61,338 nt of DNA, from positions 1-61,338 of IMG/VR virus record IMGVR_UViG_3300036944_001020; one strand, written 5' to 3'. The DNA is from a virus (Duplodnaviria; Caudoviricetes). Below the pieces are notes generated by a model. It was not told the DNA's origin. It ran no database searches and saw only the letters and a list, made by a program, of their open reading frames with translations. Below are positions 40,122 to 49,134 of the stretch, one piece after another. Both the position numbers and the translations under genes were made by a program. Numbering within the stretch: position 1 is the stretch's first letter; each line of letters begins with the position of its first letter.

Positions 40122-40526
40122 TTATCTTATTCTTCTTAATGTTGATGTAACAGTTATTGGGCGATCTATATTATTCATCATAAATTCAACTCGTATATCC
40201 AATGAATTCTCATCTGGATTATCTGTCACATCGATAGATATAATTCTTGCTCTGGGTTCAAATTTTATCAAAAGATCTTCTATAATTTTTTCAAGCGTAT
40301 TCTTTAAAATTGGAGTAAAATTTTCAAATAATAGTGCCGATATTGGGGAGCCAATTTCTGGATGGAATGGGCGCTCATAATTTCTCGTCAACAACAAATT
40401 TTTAATAGATGCTTTTACCGCTTCCTCATCTTTTTTTATATTTATATCTCTGGTAAATGGATTAACGTCAAACCCTATACTAAAATCTGTATATGTTCTT
40501 GCGTTTCTTTTTATTGTTGTTGCCAT
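40122..40526 (-). CDS. 25: Baseplate wedge gp25
   Basis: AVKASIKNLLLT..YERPFHPEIGS and FEPRA. Confidence 0.93.
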   Translation of the reverse strand: MATTIKRNARTYTDFSIGFDVNPFTRDINIKKDEEAVKASIKNLLLTRNYERPFHPEIGSPISALLFENFTPILKNTLEKIIEDLLIKFEPRARIISIDVTDNPDENSLDIRVEFMMNNIDRPITVTSTLRRIR

Positions 40527-40530
40527 TTTA

Positions 40531-40538
40531 TATTTATA
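40531..40538 (-). promoter_or_regulatory. T4-type late promoter
   Basis: TATAAATA just upstream of gene 25. Confidence 0.65.
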
Positions 40539-43121
40539 TTACGCTAAATTAATGAATTGATTTTTGGTATGCACTTTATTATTATAAAATGTAGCATAAT
40601 GTAACGGCTTTGCTCCGCTATTTTTATTATATGAAATATGAATCCAGCATATTTGTCCACTTGATCTTGCTTGATATTCTAGCAATAATTGAGTATTTAT
40701 AATGTTTTCTCTAATCCAATTTACGATTTCATGATAATCTGTGAAGGAATGCTTAGTAAATTGTAAATCTGCCGCACATCCAATTTCATGGTCAGATGGC
40801 CCGCCTTTTGCCCTAAATGAGTTGGTGATCAACATATCTGGATATTTGTCTTTTATTCTATCTAGACAATTTACTGCAAGAGTTTTTAAATTACATGCAA
40901 TTTGTGCTTTTGTTAATCCACGATTATCTCGTAACTCATAACTAGCGGCGGGAGTTCTCGTAGTCAATGCACCAAGAGTATAATATTTCGATAGCCTAAT
41001 AGTGTCTGGGAAATATTTATATGTAGCAAATTCCTCGCATTCACATATCTCAGACGGTGGCGTTACTGCTGGGAGAGGTGCAGTATTTGCACTTTCAGCC
41101 GGTGTTGTAGATGGGGATGCCTCAATGATTGCTCCGCTCTCTGTTTCTGCTTTACGCTTCTCTGGAGAGCTTTCTTCCGGGGTCTCGGATGTAAATGTAT
41201 CCTCTTTTGCAACCGGTGCAATTAAATTTTCAAGTTCAACTGTATTTGGAGTTTTTAGCGGCGTGTTTATAAATATCCCAGCATCGCTACTTAATCCAGT
41301 TTTATATCCTGCTGTCGCAGACCCATCCGACATATTAACAGTGCCATCCAATGAAGTGGATGATACTTTTGCGCTAAATTTATTTGCTTGAACAATTATA
41401 TTATTTGGCGCAGTATGAACAATATCTCCTGCAGTTGCTTCCAATACGATACTAGTTCCCTTGATATTAACTTTATCATTTGAATTTATATTAATAGCCG
41501 CAGGGGAATATAGGTCTATTCCGGTATTTGCATTTACGACTACTTTGTTGGCAGCATCAATTGCTATTCCTCTATGCCCAACAACATGCGTTTCTCCGAA
41601 TACTTCAATATCAGCATTGTCTTTAACTTGAATTTTTGTTGCGCCTTCCGTCGTGATATTTAATGCGCCTTTAACATAAAGGTGTCCATTTCTATCTATA
41701 ACTTCATAGCTGTCGCCAACAACTTTCCTGACCATTGAGCCATTAACATCGACCTCAATATATGTTCCCGATTTATGATAAACATGGATTCTCTCTTTGC
41801 CGGGTGTATTGTCTAATTCTATTACATGCCCAGATTCAGTTTCAGTGACCTGATTATACGGGTATTTTGCAGAATATGGATTTTCTGGCTGACTCCATAT
41901 TTTTGAGCTATTTGCAGTTGATACATTAGTTATTCTATTTTTTAATTTATTTTTTGTCAATGGAGTATCATCATCTCCATATGCCAATTTATTCGTATCA
42001 ACTTTATTATTGTAATCCTTTTTTGGATATACTTTATTGGGGTCTCTAAATCCTTTTGCGGAGGCAAGTGCAGGATCATTCAATGATTTCAATGGATCAT
42101 TTGTGGTGTTATTTGGGTTTGTTCCTACATATGTTTCTCTATTTGGAACTTCTGTAATCGGTGTAGGATATTTTCCATCACCGCCCAAAGCAGCATTTCC
42201 GATTGAAAAATATTCTTCCGTAGTTTTTCCGGACTTATCCGTCAACCCAGCTTTAATTGCATTTGTAGTATTTGTATAATGAGATGCAGAAAGAAATCCG
42301 GCAACAGTCGATTTACTATCGGAAATCTTTATTGTTCCATCGGATAATAATTTTTTATAATTTTTATATGTTACCGCATACATTAAATTGTCTTGGATAT
42401 TGAGCGATGCTAAAAAATCAGATTTTGATTTTATGTTATCTTTTCCGACCCAATTAGAATCGATATCTAATATAGCAGAATCAATTCCAGCATTTATATT
42501 CTGAGGTGTTCTTATATAACCATTATCTATTAATATTCTTGCATCAAAATTATATTTTCCAATTCTTTCACTATTTGATGAATTTGTAGCTGCATCAGAT
42601 GAAATGGAATCAAAATAATCTTGGACTTCGGAAACAGACAGCGGAGGTAAAGTAGTTTTAATTTCAGAAGAAATCCCAGACCCAGTAACGATTGGGGGAG
42701 CAGCTTCTTCTGTTACAATGATTGGATTATTTTCGGAGTCTCTCACGACATTCCCAGAAGAATCTGTTAATGCATTGGGCGGAATATCTTCTTTTATTGG
42801 TAATGATTCGTCAATCGATGGTTTCCCATTAATTGTCCCAACCATCAACGGCTGCTGACGATCTTCCCCATCCAAGAAAAATCCGATTATCCATGTACCC
42901 TCAACCGGCCCAACTGGCGCAGTTCCAACCCCAGATGATGATGCGGATGTAATAGGAGTCATTGGAATAGCCCATGGCAAATCATCCGTAGGCAAATCAC
43001 TCATATTTTCAGTATGATATCCAAATATTCTTACTTTACATCTTCCTAGATGTTCTGGATCATTTCTATTTTCGACTACGCCAACCCACCAGCTACTATC
43101 ACTCTGACTATATAAATTCAT
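40539..43121 (-). CDS. 5: Baseplate hub / cell-puncturing protein gp5 with a C-terminal M15 peptidase
   Basis: WWVGVVENRNDPEHLGRCKVRIFGYH OB fold; YPYNQVTETESGHVIELDNTPG beta-helix; SFR...SDHEIGCAAD...WIHISY. Confidence 0.9.
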   Translation of the reverse strand: MNLYSQSDSSWWVGVVENRNDPEHLGRCKVRIFGYHTENMSDLPTDDLPWAIPMTPITSASSSGVGTAPVGPVEGTWIIGFFLDGEDRQQPLMVGTINGKPSIDESLPIKEDIPPNALTDSSGNVVRDSENNPIIVTEEAAPPIVTGSGISSEIKTTLPPLSVSEVQDYFDSISSDAATNSSNSERIGKYNFDARILIDNGYIRTPQNINAGIDSAILDIDSNWVGKDNIKSKSDFLASLNIQDNLMYAVTYKNYKKLLSDGTIKISDSKSTVAGFLSASHYTNTTNAIKAGLTDKSGKTTEEYFSIGNAALGGDGKYPTPITEVPNRETYVGTNPNNTTNDPLKSLNDPALASAKGFRDPNKVYPKKDYNNKVDTNKLAYGDDDTPLTKNKLKNRITNVSTANSSKIWSQPENPYSAKYPYNQVTETESGHVIELDNTPGKERIHVYHKSGTYIEVDVNGSMVRKVVGDSYEVIDRNGHLYVKGALNITTEGATKIQVKDNADIEVFGETHVVGHRGIAIDAANKVVVNANTGIDLYSPAAININSNDKVNIKGTSIVLEATAGDIVHTAPNNIIVQANKFSAKVSSTSLDGTVNMSDGSATAGYKTGLSSDAGIFINTPLKTPNTVELENLIAPVAKEDTFTSETPEESSPEKRKAETESGAIIEASPSTTPAESANTAPLPAVTPPSEICECEEFATYKYFPDTIRLSKYYTLGALTTRTPAASYELRDNRGLTKAQIACNLKTLAVNCLDRIKDKYPDMLITNSFRAKGGPSDHEIGCAADLQFTKHSFTDYHEIVNWIRENIINTQLLLEYQARSSGQICWIHISYNKNSGAKPLHYATFYNNKVHTKNQFINLA

Positions 43122-43123
43122 AA

Positions 43124-44467
43124 TTAATTTCCCTTATCTTCCAATGAGTCTTTGACAATTTCTAATGTCATTGTATGTCTTAATATTGTTATTTTGTGTC
43201 TTATAGCCGTTATTAGATAATTCCCAGAATATCTATCGTCATACTTGCCTGCGCTTTTATCTGCATCAGATGGTGGTCTAACATCCGGAAATTTTAAATT
43301 TATAATGCCACCCGCTTCAACATCAGTTCTTCCGGGAATTGAAATATTTAATTTAAAATTAGACAATTCCAACATATGAGATAATCTATTCCCATAATAT
43401 TTTCCAGTCAATTCATTTGTATTGTCTTTAAATCCAGTAAATAAATTTGGATGGGTTGGGTGTACAAATATATTTGTCTCGGGGGTTCTCTGAGCTTTGG
43501 TGGAAAAAATAGGAATATCACTCCCCTTTTTTGCTAAATGAGTATAATCCCCAAATGTATCAATATGACTATAATCGATTATATCATATTTCTTATTGAA
43601 TAAATTTAGTGTTATTGTTCTACTGGATAGATATCCATTGTTATTACTTATCATATAATCTGCAGTCTTTGATATTTCAATATCTTCAATCAAAAACATT
43701 TTTGCATTTATATCATTTTCTGGCTGCGTTGATGGCGGAGTATAATTATAAGTGCCCAAATTTACAGGAGAATTTTCGTCTTGAGATGCACTAAAAATAG
43801 TTTCCATGTTCCCAAAATAAAATTGTTGAGAAGTCTCCCAGAACAAATAATTGCATGCTTTTCCAACAGATGGCATTGATTTATTTGATAACCAATTTAT
43901 ACATTTAAATGGAGACCATCCAGTGCTAACAAATTTAACATTATTGTCTGTTGGATTCAATACAGTCAATTGAGTTTTAAAGTCATCCTCTTTTAATCCA
44001 GTTGTTCCTATAATATATCTTCTATTAGTTTTAATATAATTGTCGAATATATTAGTGACTACATCATTTATTTTTCCATTGAAATTTTTGAATATGGGCG
44101 TTGATGTATCATTTATTCCCTCATTTGAGCAAAAATGCAGGATGTATGTTTGAGTTCCATTATCCGTTACGATATTTCTATTGGTTACGGCATAAACTCG
44201 AAAAGTTTTATGGATTGATGTTGGGAATGATGGAGTAGTTATTTTTACCATCAAATACTCTTCGCCAATAATTGGTAAAGATTTTATAATATTTGCGCTA
44301 TCCGATAACATCATGCTACCGGTAAGAAAATTTGAAAAAATATCTTCGTATATATTTAATTCCACCAAATAATCTAACACAAACAAATATGTGCCGCCCC
44401 CGGATATTAGATATAAATCTTCTATCGAAACATCGCCCGCTTGACCTAAACCAGTTTGTGTATCCAT
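43124..44467 (-). CDS. Baseplate hub protein (gp27-like)
   Basis: LNIYEDIF, LPIIGEE, YLFWET and SGNYLITAIRHKI; between 53 and 5. Confidence 0.7.
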   Translation of the reverse strand: MDTQTGLGQAGDVSIEDLYLISGGGTYLFVLDYLVELNIYEDIFSNFLTGSMMLSDSANIIKSLPIIGEEYLMVKITTPSFPTSIHKTFRVYAVTNRNIVTDNGTQTYILHFCSNEGINDTSTPIFKNFNGKINDVVTNIFDNYIKTNRRYIIGTTGLKEDDFKTQLTVLNPTDNNVKFVSTGWSPFKCINWLSNKSMPSVGKACNYLFWETSQQFYFGNMETIFSASQDENSPVNLGTYNYTPPSTQPENDINAKMFLIEDIEISKTADYMISNNNGYLSSRTITLNLFNKKYDIIDYSHIDTFGDYTHLAKKGSDIPIFSTKAQRTPETNIFVHPTHPNLFTGFKDNTNELTGKYYGNRLSHMLELSNFKLNISIPGRTDVEAGGIINLKFPDVRPPSDADKSAGKYDDRYSGNYLITAIRHKITILRHTMTLEIVKDSLEDKGN

Positions 44468-45084
44468 TATTTTTTAATTAAATTATCAAAATTTGTTATT
44501 ATTTCAGAAATAAATTCTGGCTTTATTAATTTTATTCTTCTTTTTGCTTCATTTTTTTCATACTCATAATCAAAATTAGATATTTCTTTTTCTATTAATG
44601 GATTAACTGCATATGATAATGCTTTGCGATAACTAACATCGCTGTCTTTCTTATTCAATATCAATCTAACTGGATTTTTATTGGTAGATGACTCTAAAAC
44701 CAAAAATAAACTGTCTACTTCTAATTCTTTTTCCCCGAAACCAACAACTTTATTTGTGTCGTATATAGCTTCTAAACTTCCGTATTTTGCAATACAAAAA
44801 CTTATAAAATCGTCATATGGTAAAGGCCAGTCAAATCGAGGATCAACAATTTCATTTATTAGTAATATGATCCAGTGCAATCCAGAATCCCCATATATTT
44901 TATCCGCTAAAATTTCTGGAGTATCTCCATCTTTTATATCATATTCATCAAAATATGAACTATTTGATTTTAATTCATTTACTGCGGCTACTCTACGAAG
45001 AATATCAGGAACAACTTGACCTGATGCAAGGTCATCCAATGAATATAAAATTCTTGGAAATTTCTCAAAATAATTAGTAGCCAT
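44467..45084 (-). CDS. 53: Baseplate wedge gp53
   Basis: YFEKFP, DGDTPEILADKIYGDSGLHWIILLIN and NEAKRRIKL. Confidence 0.92.
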   Translation of the reverse strand: MATNYFEKFPRILYSLDDLASGQVVPDILRRVAAVNELKSNSSYFDEYDIKDGDTPEILADKIYGDSGLHWIILLINEIVDPRFDWPLPYDDFISFCIAKYGSLEAIYDTNKVVGFGEKELEVDSLFLVLESSTNKNPVRLILNKKDSDVSYRKALSYAVNPLIEKEISNFDYEYEKNEAKRRIKLIKPEFISEIITNFDNLIKK

Positions 45085-46165
45085 TTTTTACTTGCTCCTT
45101 TGTCATCAATTCTAACTCTCTAAAAGTTAATGACAAATCTATTTCGGTTGGTGCTCCATCATTGAATGATGAAAATCTATCTCCACCATAATCCACTTGC
45201 ATATCGACCAATGCACAGTTACCAATTTTATTGAAGTTTTTATTTTCTGCTCCGTTAAACATATAACGTATTTCAAACTCAGATGGATAAATGTAGAAAA
45301 ATTTATTTGCAGATAATTCTGGATGCATATGAAATTTAAATTTATCAATAATATTTTTTATATTTATTCCCTCTGCTGCACTTTTTGGGAAAAATTTATA
45401 TCTAAAATTAAATGTTCTGTAATCAACGGATTCAAATAAAACTTCTCTAAATGGATTTGTTTTAACTTTTGCCGCAACGCCTAATAAATTTGTTGGTGTT
45501 GACCCTATTCCGGGTATTACTGATGGTAATCTAGCTGCTTCTGCCAACGCATAAGCACCCCCTTCGGCGGTATCTAAAGCTGAAATATTACCTAAAAATC
45601 CACCAATAGCACCTAAATCGACGTTTTGATAATTAACTCCATATTTTACAGAAGGTCTTTCTTGCATATGAAGAGTTATTACGTCCTTCAATCTTTGTTT
45701 ATTATCTGGTTTTAAAAATGAATTTTCCTGAGACGCGACAAGCGCAGTGCCAGCGGCAGCGGTTGATGCTATTGCAAGTCCCCCCGCACTAGCAATCTGT
45801 CTACCGGCCTGCGTACCCCTTTGCAAATTGCTTAGTCCCCTTGCTTTGGCGCGTCTTGCTTCGGCTGCAACTGCATACGCGCTTTTTGCCCCGCCAATTG
45901 CAGCAGCGCCAAGGAGACCTGCGCCCAATAATGTCACCGCTTTTCCAGCCTGCTCTGATGTTATGCTCGTAGTGGAGCTATCCGGTAAAATTCCACTAAA
46001 TCTATTATTAGTGTCAAACCTAGATTTTCCTCGCACATTTATATAAAATGCAACGGTATGTTGTAAATCTCTCTCTACCCCCAATCCTATTGGATATTGA
46101 AAGTCTCCAACTGAATATTTGTTCAGATCGTATGATACTTTGTCGTTATTATTTTTAGTTGCCAT
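45074..46165 (-). CDS. 48: Baseplate tail-tube cap gp48
   Basis: NPFREVLFESVDYRTFNFRYKFFPKS and LTFRELE. Confidence 0.88.
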   Translation of the reverse strand: MATKNNNDKVSYDLNKYSVGDFQYPIGLGVERDLQHTVAFYINVRGKSRFDTNNRFSGILPDSSTTSITSEQAGKAVTLLGAGLLGAAAIGGAKSAYAVAAEARRAKARGLSNLQRGTQAGRQIASAGGLAIASTAAAGTALVASQENSFLKPDNKQRLKDVITLHMQERPSVKYGVNYQNVDLGAIGGFLGNISALDTAEGGAYALAEAARLPSVIPGIGSTPTNLLGVAAKVKTNPFREVLFESVDYRTFNFRYKFFPKSAAEGINIKNIIDKFKFHMHPELSANKFFYIYPSEFEIRYMFNGAENKNFNKIGNCALVDMQVDYGGDRFSSFNDGAPTEIDLSLTFRELELMTKEQVKNGY

Positions 46166-46176
46166 TTATGTACTCT

Positions 46177-46210
46177 TATAAATATACAGATATTACAATT
46201 ATTATTTATA
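46177..46210. promoter_or_regulatory. Pair of oppositely oriented late promoters
   Basis: TATAAATA on the plus strand at 46177-46184 (for gene 4) and on the minus strand at 46203-46210 (for gene 48). Confidence 0.8.
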
Positions 46211-46217
46211 GTCATTT

Positions 46218-46667
46218 ATGTATGCTAATACCCATAAGGGAAGATATAGAGTCAAAAATCCCAATAAATATACCGGGGATATAAACTCTATTATTTATAG
46301 GTCTGCGTGGGAACTAAAATTCATGAAATGGTGCGACGAAAATGCAGCAGTTTTAGAATGGGGATCAGAGACAACTATAATCCCTTATATTTCTCCGATT
46401 GATAAGCAATTTCACCGATATTTTGTAGATTTTTACATCAAGGTAAAAAATAAAGAAAATCAATTGCAGAGGTATTTAGTAGAGATAAAACCGGATAGAT
46501 TTACAAAGGCACCGGAACCCCCAGCTAAAATGACGAAAAGATTCATAAATGAAGTACTGCAATTCGGCATAAATGAGGCAAAATGGAAAGCTGCTACTGA
46601 ATTTTGCAATGATAGAAAAATGAAATTTATTATATTAACAGAACACGATCTAGGTATCAAACGATAA
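46218..46667 (+). CDS. 4: Head completion nuclease gp4 (TnsA-like)
   Basis: NPNKYTGD, YRSAWELKFMKWCD, HRYFVDF, EIKP and NEAKWKAA. Confidence 0.93.
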   Translation: MYANTHKGRYRVKNPNKYTGDINSIIYRSAWELKFMKWCDENAAVLEWGSETTIIPYISPIDKQFHRYFVDFYIKVKNKENQLQRYLVEIKPDRFTKAPEPPAKMTKRFINEVLQFGINEAKWKAATEFCNDRKMKFIILTEHDLGIKR

Positions 46668-47305
46668 TGGCAACAAAAACAATAGTCCAAGAATCAACCC
46701 TAACCAAATTGGCTAGACAGCGATCTGCTCAAGATATGGCATTCTTGGGGGTTAAGTCGTATAAATGGTTTCAAAATAATGTAAGAAGTCTAAAAAATCC
46801 AAATAAACTAGCAAATGAGATAATCGTAGAACCCGGTAGAGGCGGGAGAATTCAAGAAGGTGGATTATACCATTTTATGTATGATCCAAAACACAAAGAT
46901 ACTTTACCATATTATGACAATTTTCCATTAATAATTATGCTCGGAAAGTATAATGATGGATTCCTTGGATTAAATTTACATTATCTCCCAATTCAAGTAA
47001 GAGCAGCATTTATGGATAAATTAACTGATTATGCTCTATGGACACCGCAGGGTGAACCAAGAAGATTAAGAATAACTTATGATATATTGGTTGCAACCTC
47101 TAGATACGCCGATTTCAAACCTTGTATAAAGCGATATCTATCAAGTCATATTAGATCAAAAATAATAGTTATACAACCACCAGAATGGGAAACTGCATTA
47201 TTTTTACCAACAGCACAATGGCAGGGAGCATCTATGCAAGAAGTTTATGCAAACTATGCAAAAGAAATGGCAAGTTCAATGATAAAATATCCAAGAAAGA
47301 AATAA
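46667..47305 (+). CDS. 2: DNA end protector gp2
   Basis: YDPKHKDTLPYYDNFPL, GLNLHYLP and KPCIKRYL. Confidence 0.93.
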   Translation: MATKTIVQESTLTKLARQRSAQDMAFLGVKSYKWFQNNVRSLKNPNKLANEIIVEPGRGGRIQEGGLYHFMYDPKHKDTLPYYDNFPLIIMLGKYNDGFLGLNLHYLPIQVRAAFMDKLTDYALWTPQGEPRRLRITYDILVATSRYADFKPCIKRYLSSHIRSKIIVIQPPEWETALFLPTAQWQGASMQEVYANYAKEMASSMIKYPRKK

Positions 47306-47929
47306 ATGGCTAATTTTTCTTTAGAAAATTTCGTAGCAGAAATAAACAAATCTGGAGTCGCAAAGCCCAGTAAATTTGAAATTGAAATTACGCCGCCACC
47401 ATCGTTGGCTAATTATGCTGAAATATCAAAGTTAGCAAGCGTTTACTGCGAAGTTGCGAATTTTCCATCACTGACAATAAATACAAAACAGCATCAAATC
47501 TATGGGCCAGCATATCAGCGCCCAGTTGGGAGTGATTATGGTGGAGATGGCATTTCGGTGAGTTTTTTAGTTGATAAAGATATGAATATCAAGAAATTTT
47601 TTGAATCTTGGATGTTTTCAATTGTAGATACAAATTCATATAATCTAAATTATCAATCAAGCTATACAACACAAATAAAAATATCACAATTAGATGAGGC
47701 AGATAATATTAAATACAGCATTAAATTAATTGATGCATTTCCAAGAAATATCTCGGATATGGGATTAAATTCATCTGCGGTAAATGCGGCTCATAAACTA
47801 TCAGTTGTATTTGCTTATAGAAAGTGGATTCCAGATATTATTTTTAGTAATACTGGAGCCGGTAGAGGGGGTCAAGGCGGCGCGGCTGCACCATTCGTAG
47901 ACCCAAGAAGACTTGATTTAAAAAAATAA
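47306..47929 (+). CDS. 54: Baseplate tail-tube initiator gp54-like
   Basis: gp19-like fold motifs (AKPSKF, FESW, ISQLD, DAFP); synteny. Confidence 0.8.
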   Translation: MANFSLENFVAEINKSGVAKPSKFEIEITPPPSLANYAEISKLASVYCEVANFPSLTINTKQHQIYGPAYQRPVGSDYGGDGISVSFLVDKDMNIKKFFESWMFSIVDTNSYNLNYQSSYTTQIKISQLDEADNIKYSIKLIDAFPRNISDMGLNSSAVNAAHKLSVVFAYRKWIPDIIFSNTGAGRGGQGGAAAPFVDPRRLDLKK

Positions 47930-47944
47930 TGGAGTGAATAGATT

Positions 47945-48640
47945 ATGGCATTACCAACAATGGAGACACCGACATATGAATTGGTGTTACCCTCAACCGG
48001 CAAAAAAATAAAGTATAGACCTTTTCTAGTTAAAGAATATAAAATATTATTAACTGCAATCGAATCTGACTTAGATGAAATTACTCGCGTAATCTATGAT
48101 TTAATAGATGCATGCACATTTAATAAATTGAATTGCTCAAAATTAGCACACTTTGATATTGAATATATGTTCTTACAGATTCGTGCAAAATCAATAAGTG
48201 AAATTGCATCGATTACTGTTACGTGTGAGTGTGGTACAAAAATTCCGTATGATTTAGATATCACAAAAGCGATAATTGAGAATAACGAAAAACAAAATAA
48301 TAAAATATTGATTACTGATAATATTGGCGTAGAACTTCGTTATCCAAAATTTAATGAAGTATTGGATTTATTTGAAAATAGATCAAAAGAAAGAGCAATT
48401 GATATTGTAAAAGATTGCGTTGTGTCGGTGTTCACTAAAGATGCAACGCAAGATAGAGATAGCTTTACAGACGAAGAATTAACTGTATTTTTAAATTCTT
48501 TCACTAAAAAACAGTTTGATAAATTAGAAGAATTTTTTGTTAAAATGCCAAAGGTGATTCAAAATATTGAAGCCGTTTGCCCAGAATGCAATACAAATAA
48601 CGTGATCAAGTTAGAGGGCTTGCAAAATTTTTTCGTCTAA
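47945..48640 (+). CDS. 26: Baseplate hub assembly protein gp26
   Basis: MALPTMETPTYEL.LPSTGKKIKYRPFLVKE, FDIEYMFLQIRAKS and LEGLQNFF. Confidence 0.92.
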   Translation: MALPTMETPTYELVLPSTGKKIKYRPFLVKEYKILLTAIESDLDEITRVIYDLIDACTFNKLNCSKLAHFDIEYMFLQIRAKSISEIASITVTCECGTKIPYDLDITKAIIENNEKQNNKILITDNIGVELRYPKFNEVLDLFENRSKERAIDIVKDCVVSVFTKDATQDRDSFTDEELTVFLNSFTKKQFDKLEEFFVKMPKVIQNIEAVCPECNTNNVIKLEGLQNFFV

Positions 48641-48828
48641 CTCTTTCCCATGATAATTTAGCCAACTATTATCAATTAAATTTCTCGTTAATACATCACC
48701 ATAAATATTCATTAACGGAAATAGAAAATATGTTGCCGTGGGAAAGAGAAATATACGTTACTATGCTTATTAATTATTTACGTGAAGAAAATGAAAAATT
48801 AAAACAAAAACAACTCAAGGGGAAATAA
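48628..48828 (+). CDS. 51: gp51-like baseplate assembly catalyst frame (no 5' start codon; probably reached by -1 frameshift from gp26)
   Basis: Hand translation ...LSHDNLANYYQLNFSLIHHHKYSLTEIENMLPWEREIYVTMLINYLREENEK...; the first ATG is only at 48730. Confidence 0.8.
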   Translation, partial: FFRLTLSHDNLANYYQLNFSLIHHHKYSLTEIENMLPWEREIYVTMLINYLREENEKLKQKQLKGK

Positions 48829-48830
48829 TT

Positions 48831-49133
48831 ATGTCAAATGAAATTACCAATCCACAAAAAGATAACGAACACTGGATGAATAGTAAATGGCGTCCAGCGA
48901 TGGGGTGGACATATATGGTAACGTGCTTATTTGATTTTATTCTTGCCCCGATTCTTTGGAGTTTAATTCAAGCATTACATGGCGGACAAGTTACTTCTCA
49001 ATGGCAACCATTAACATTGCAAGGCGCAGGATTATATCACGTTGCAATGGGCGCAGTGTTGGGTTTAGCGGCATTCGGTAGAACGCAAGAAAAAATAGCT
49101 GGCGCAAATAACGGTGGCATGGATAGCAACTAA
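48831..49133 (+). CDS. 3TM holin-like membrane protein
   Basis: WRPAMGW motif, two hydrophobic segments, LGLAAFGRTQEK. Confidence 0.75.
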   Translation: MSNEITNPQKDNEHWMNSKWRPAMGWTYMVTCLFDFILAPILWSLIQALHGGQVTSQWQPLTLQGAGLYHVAMGAVLGLAAFGRTQEKIAGANNGGMDSN

Positions 49134-49134
49134 A

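Noticed and set aside
1389-46046. Many short opposite-strand or alternative-frame ORFs in the track (for example 10538..10852, 17444..17872, 41002..41391)
   Set aside because: They are shadows of well-conserved phage genes, with no SD or recognisable motifs.
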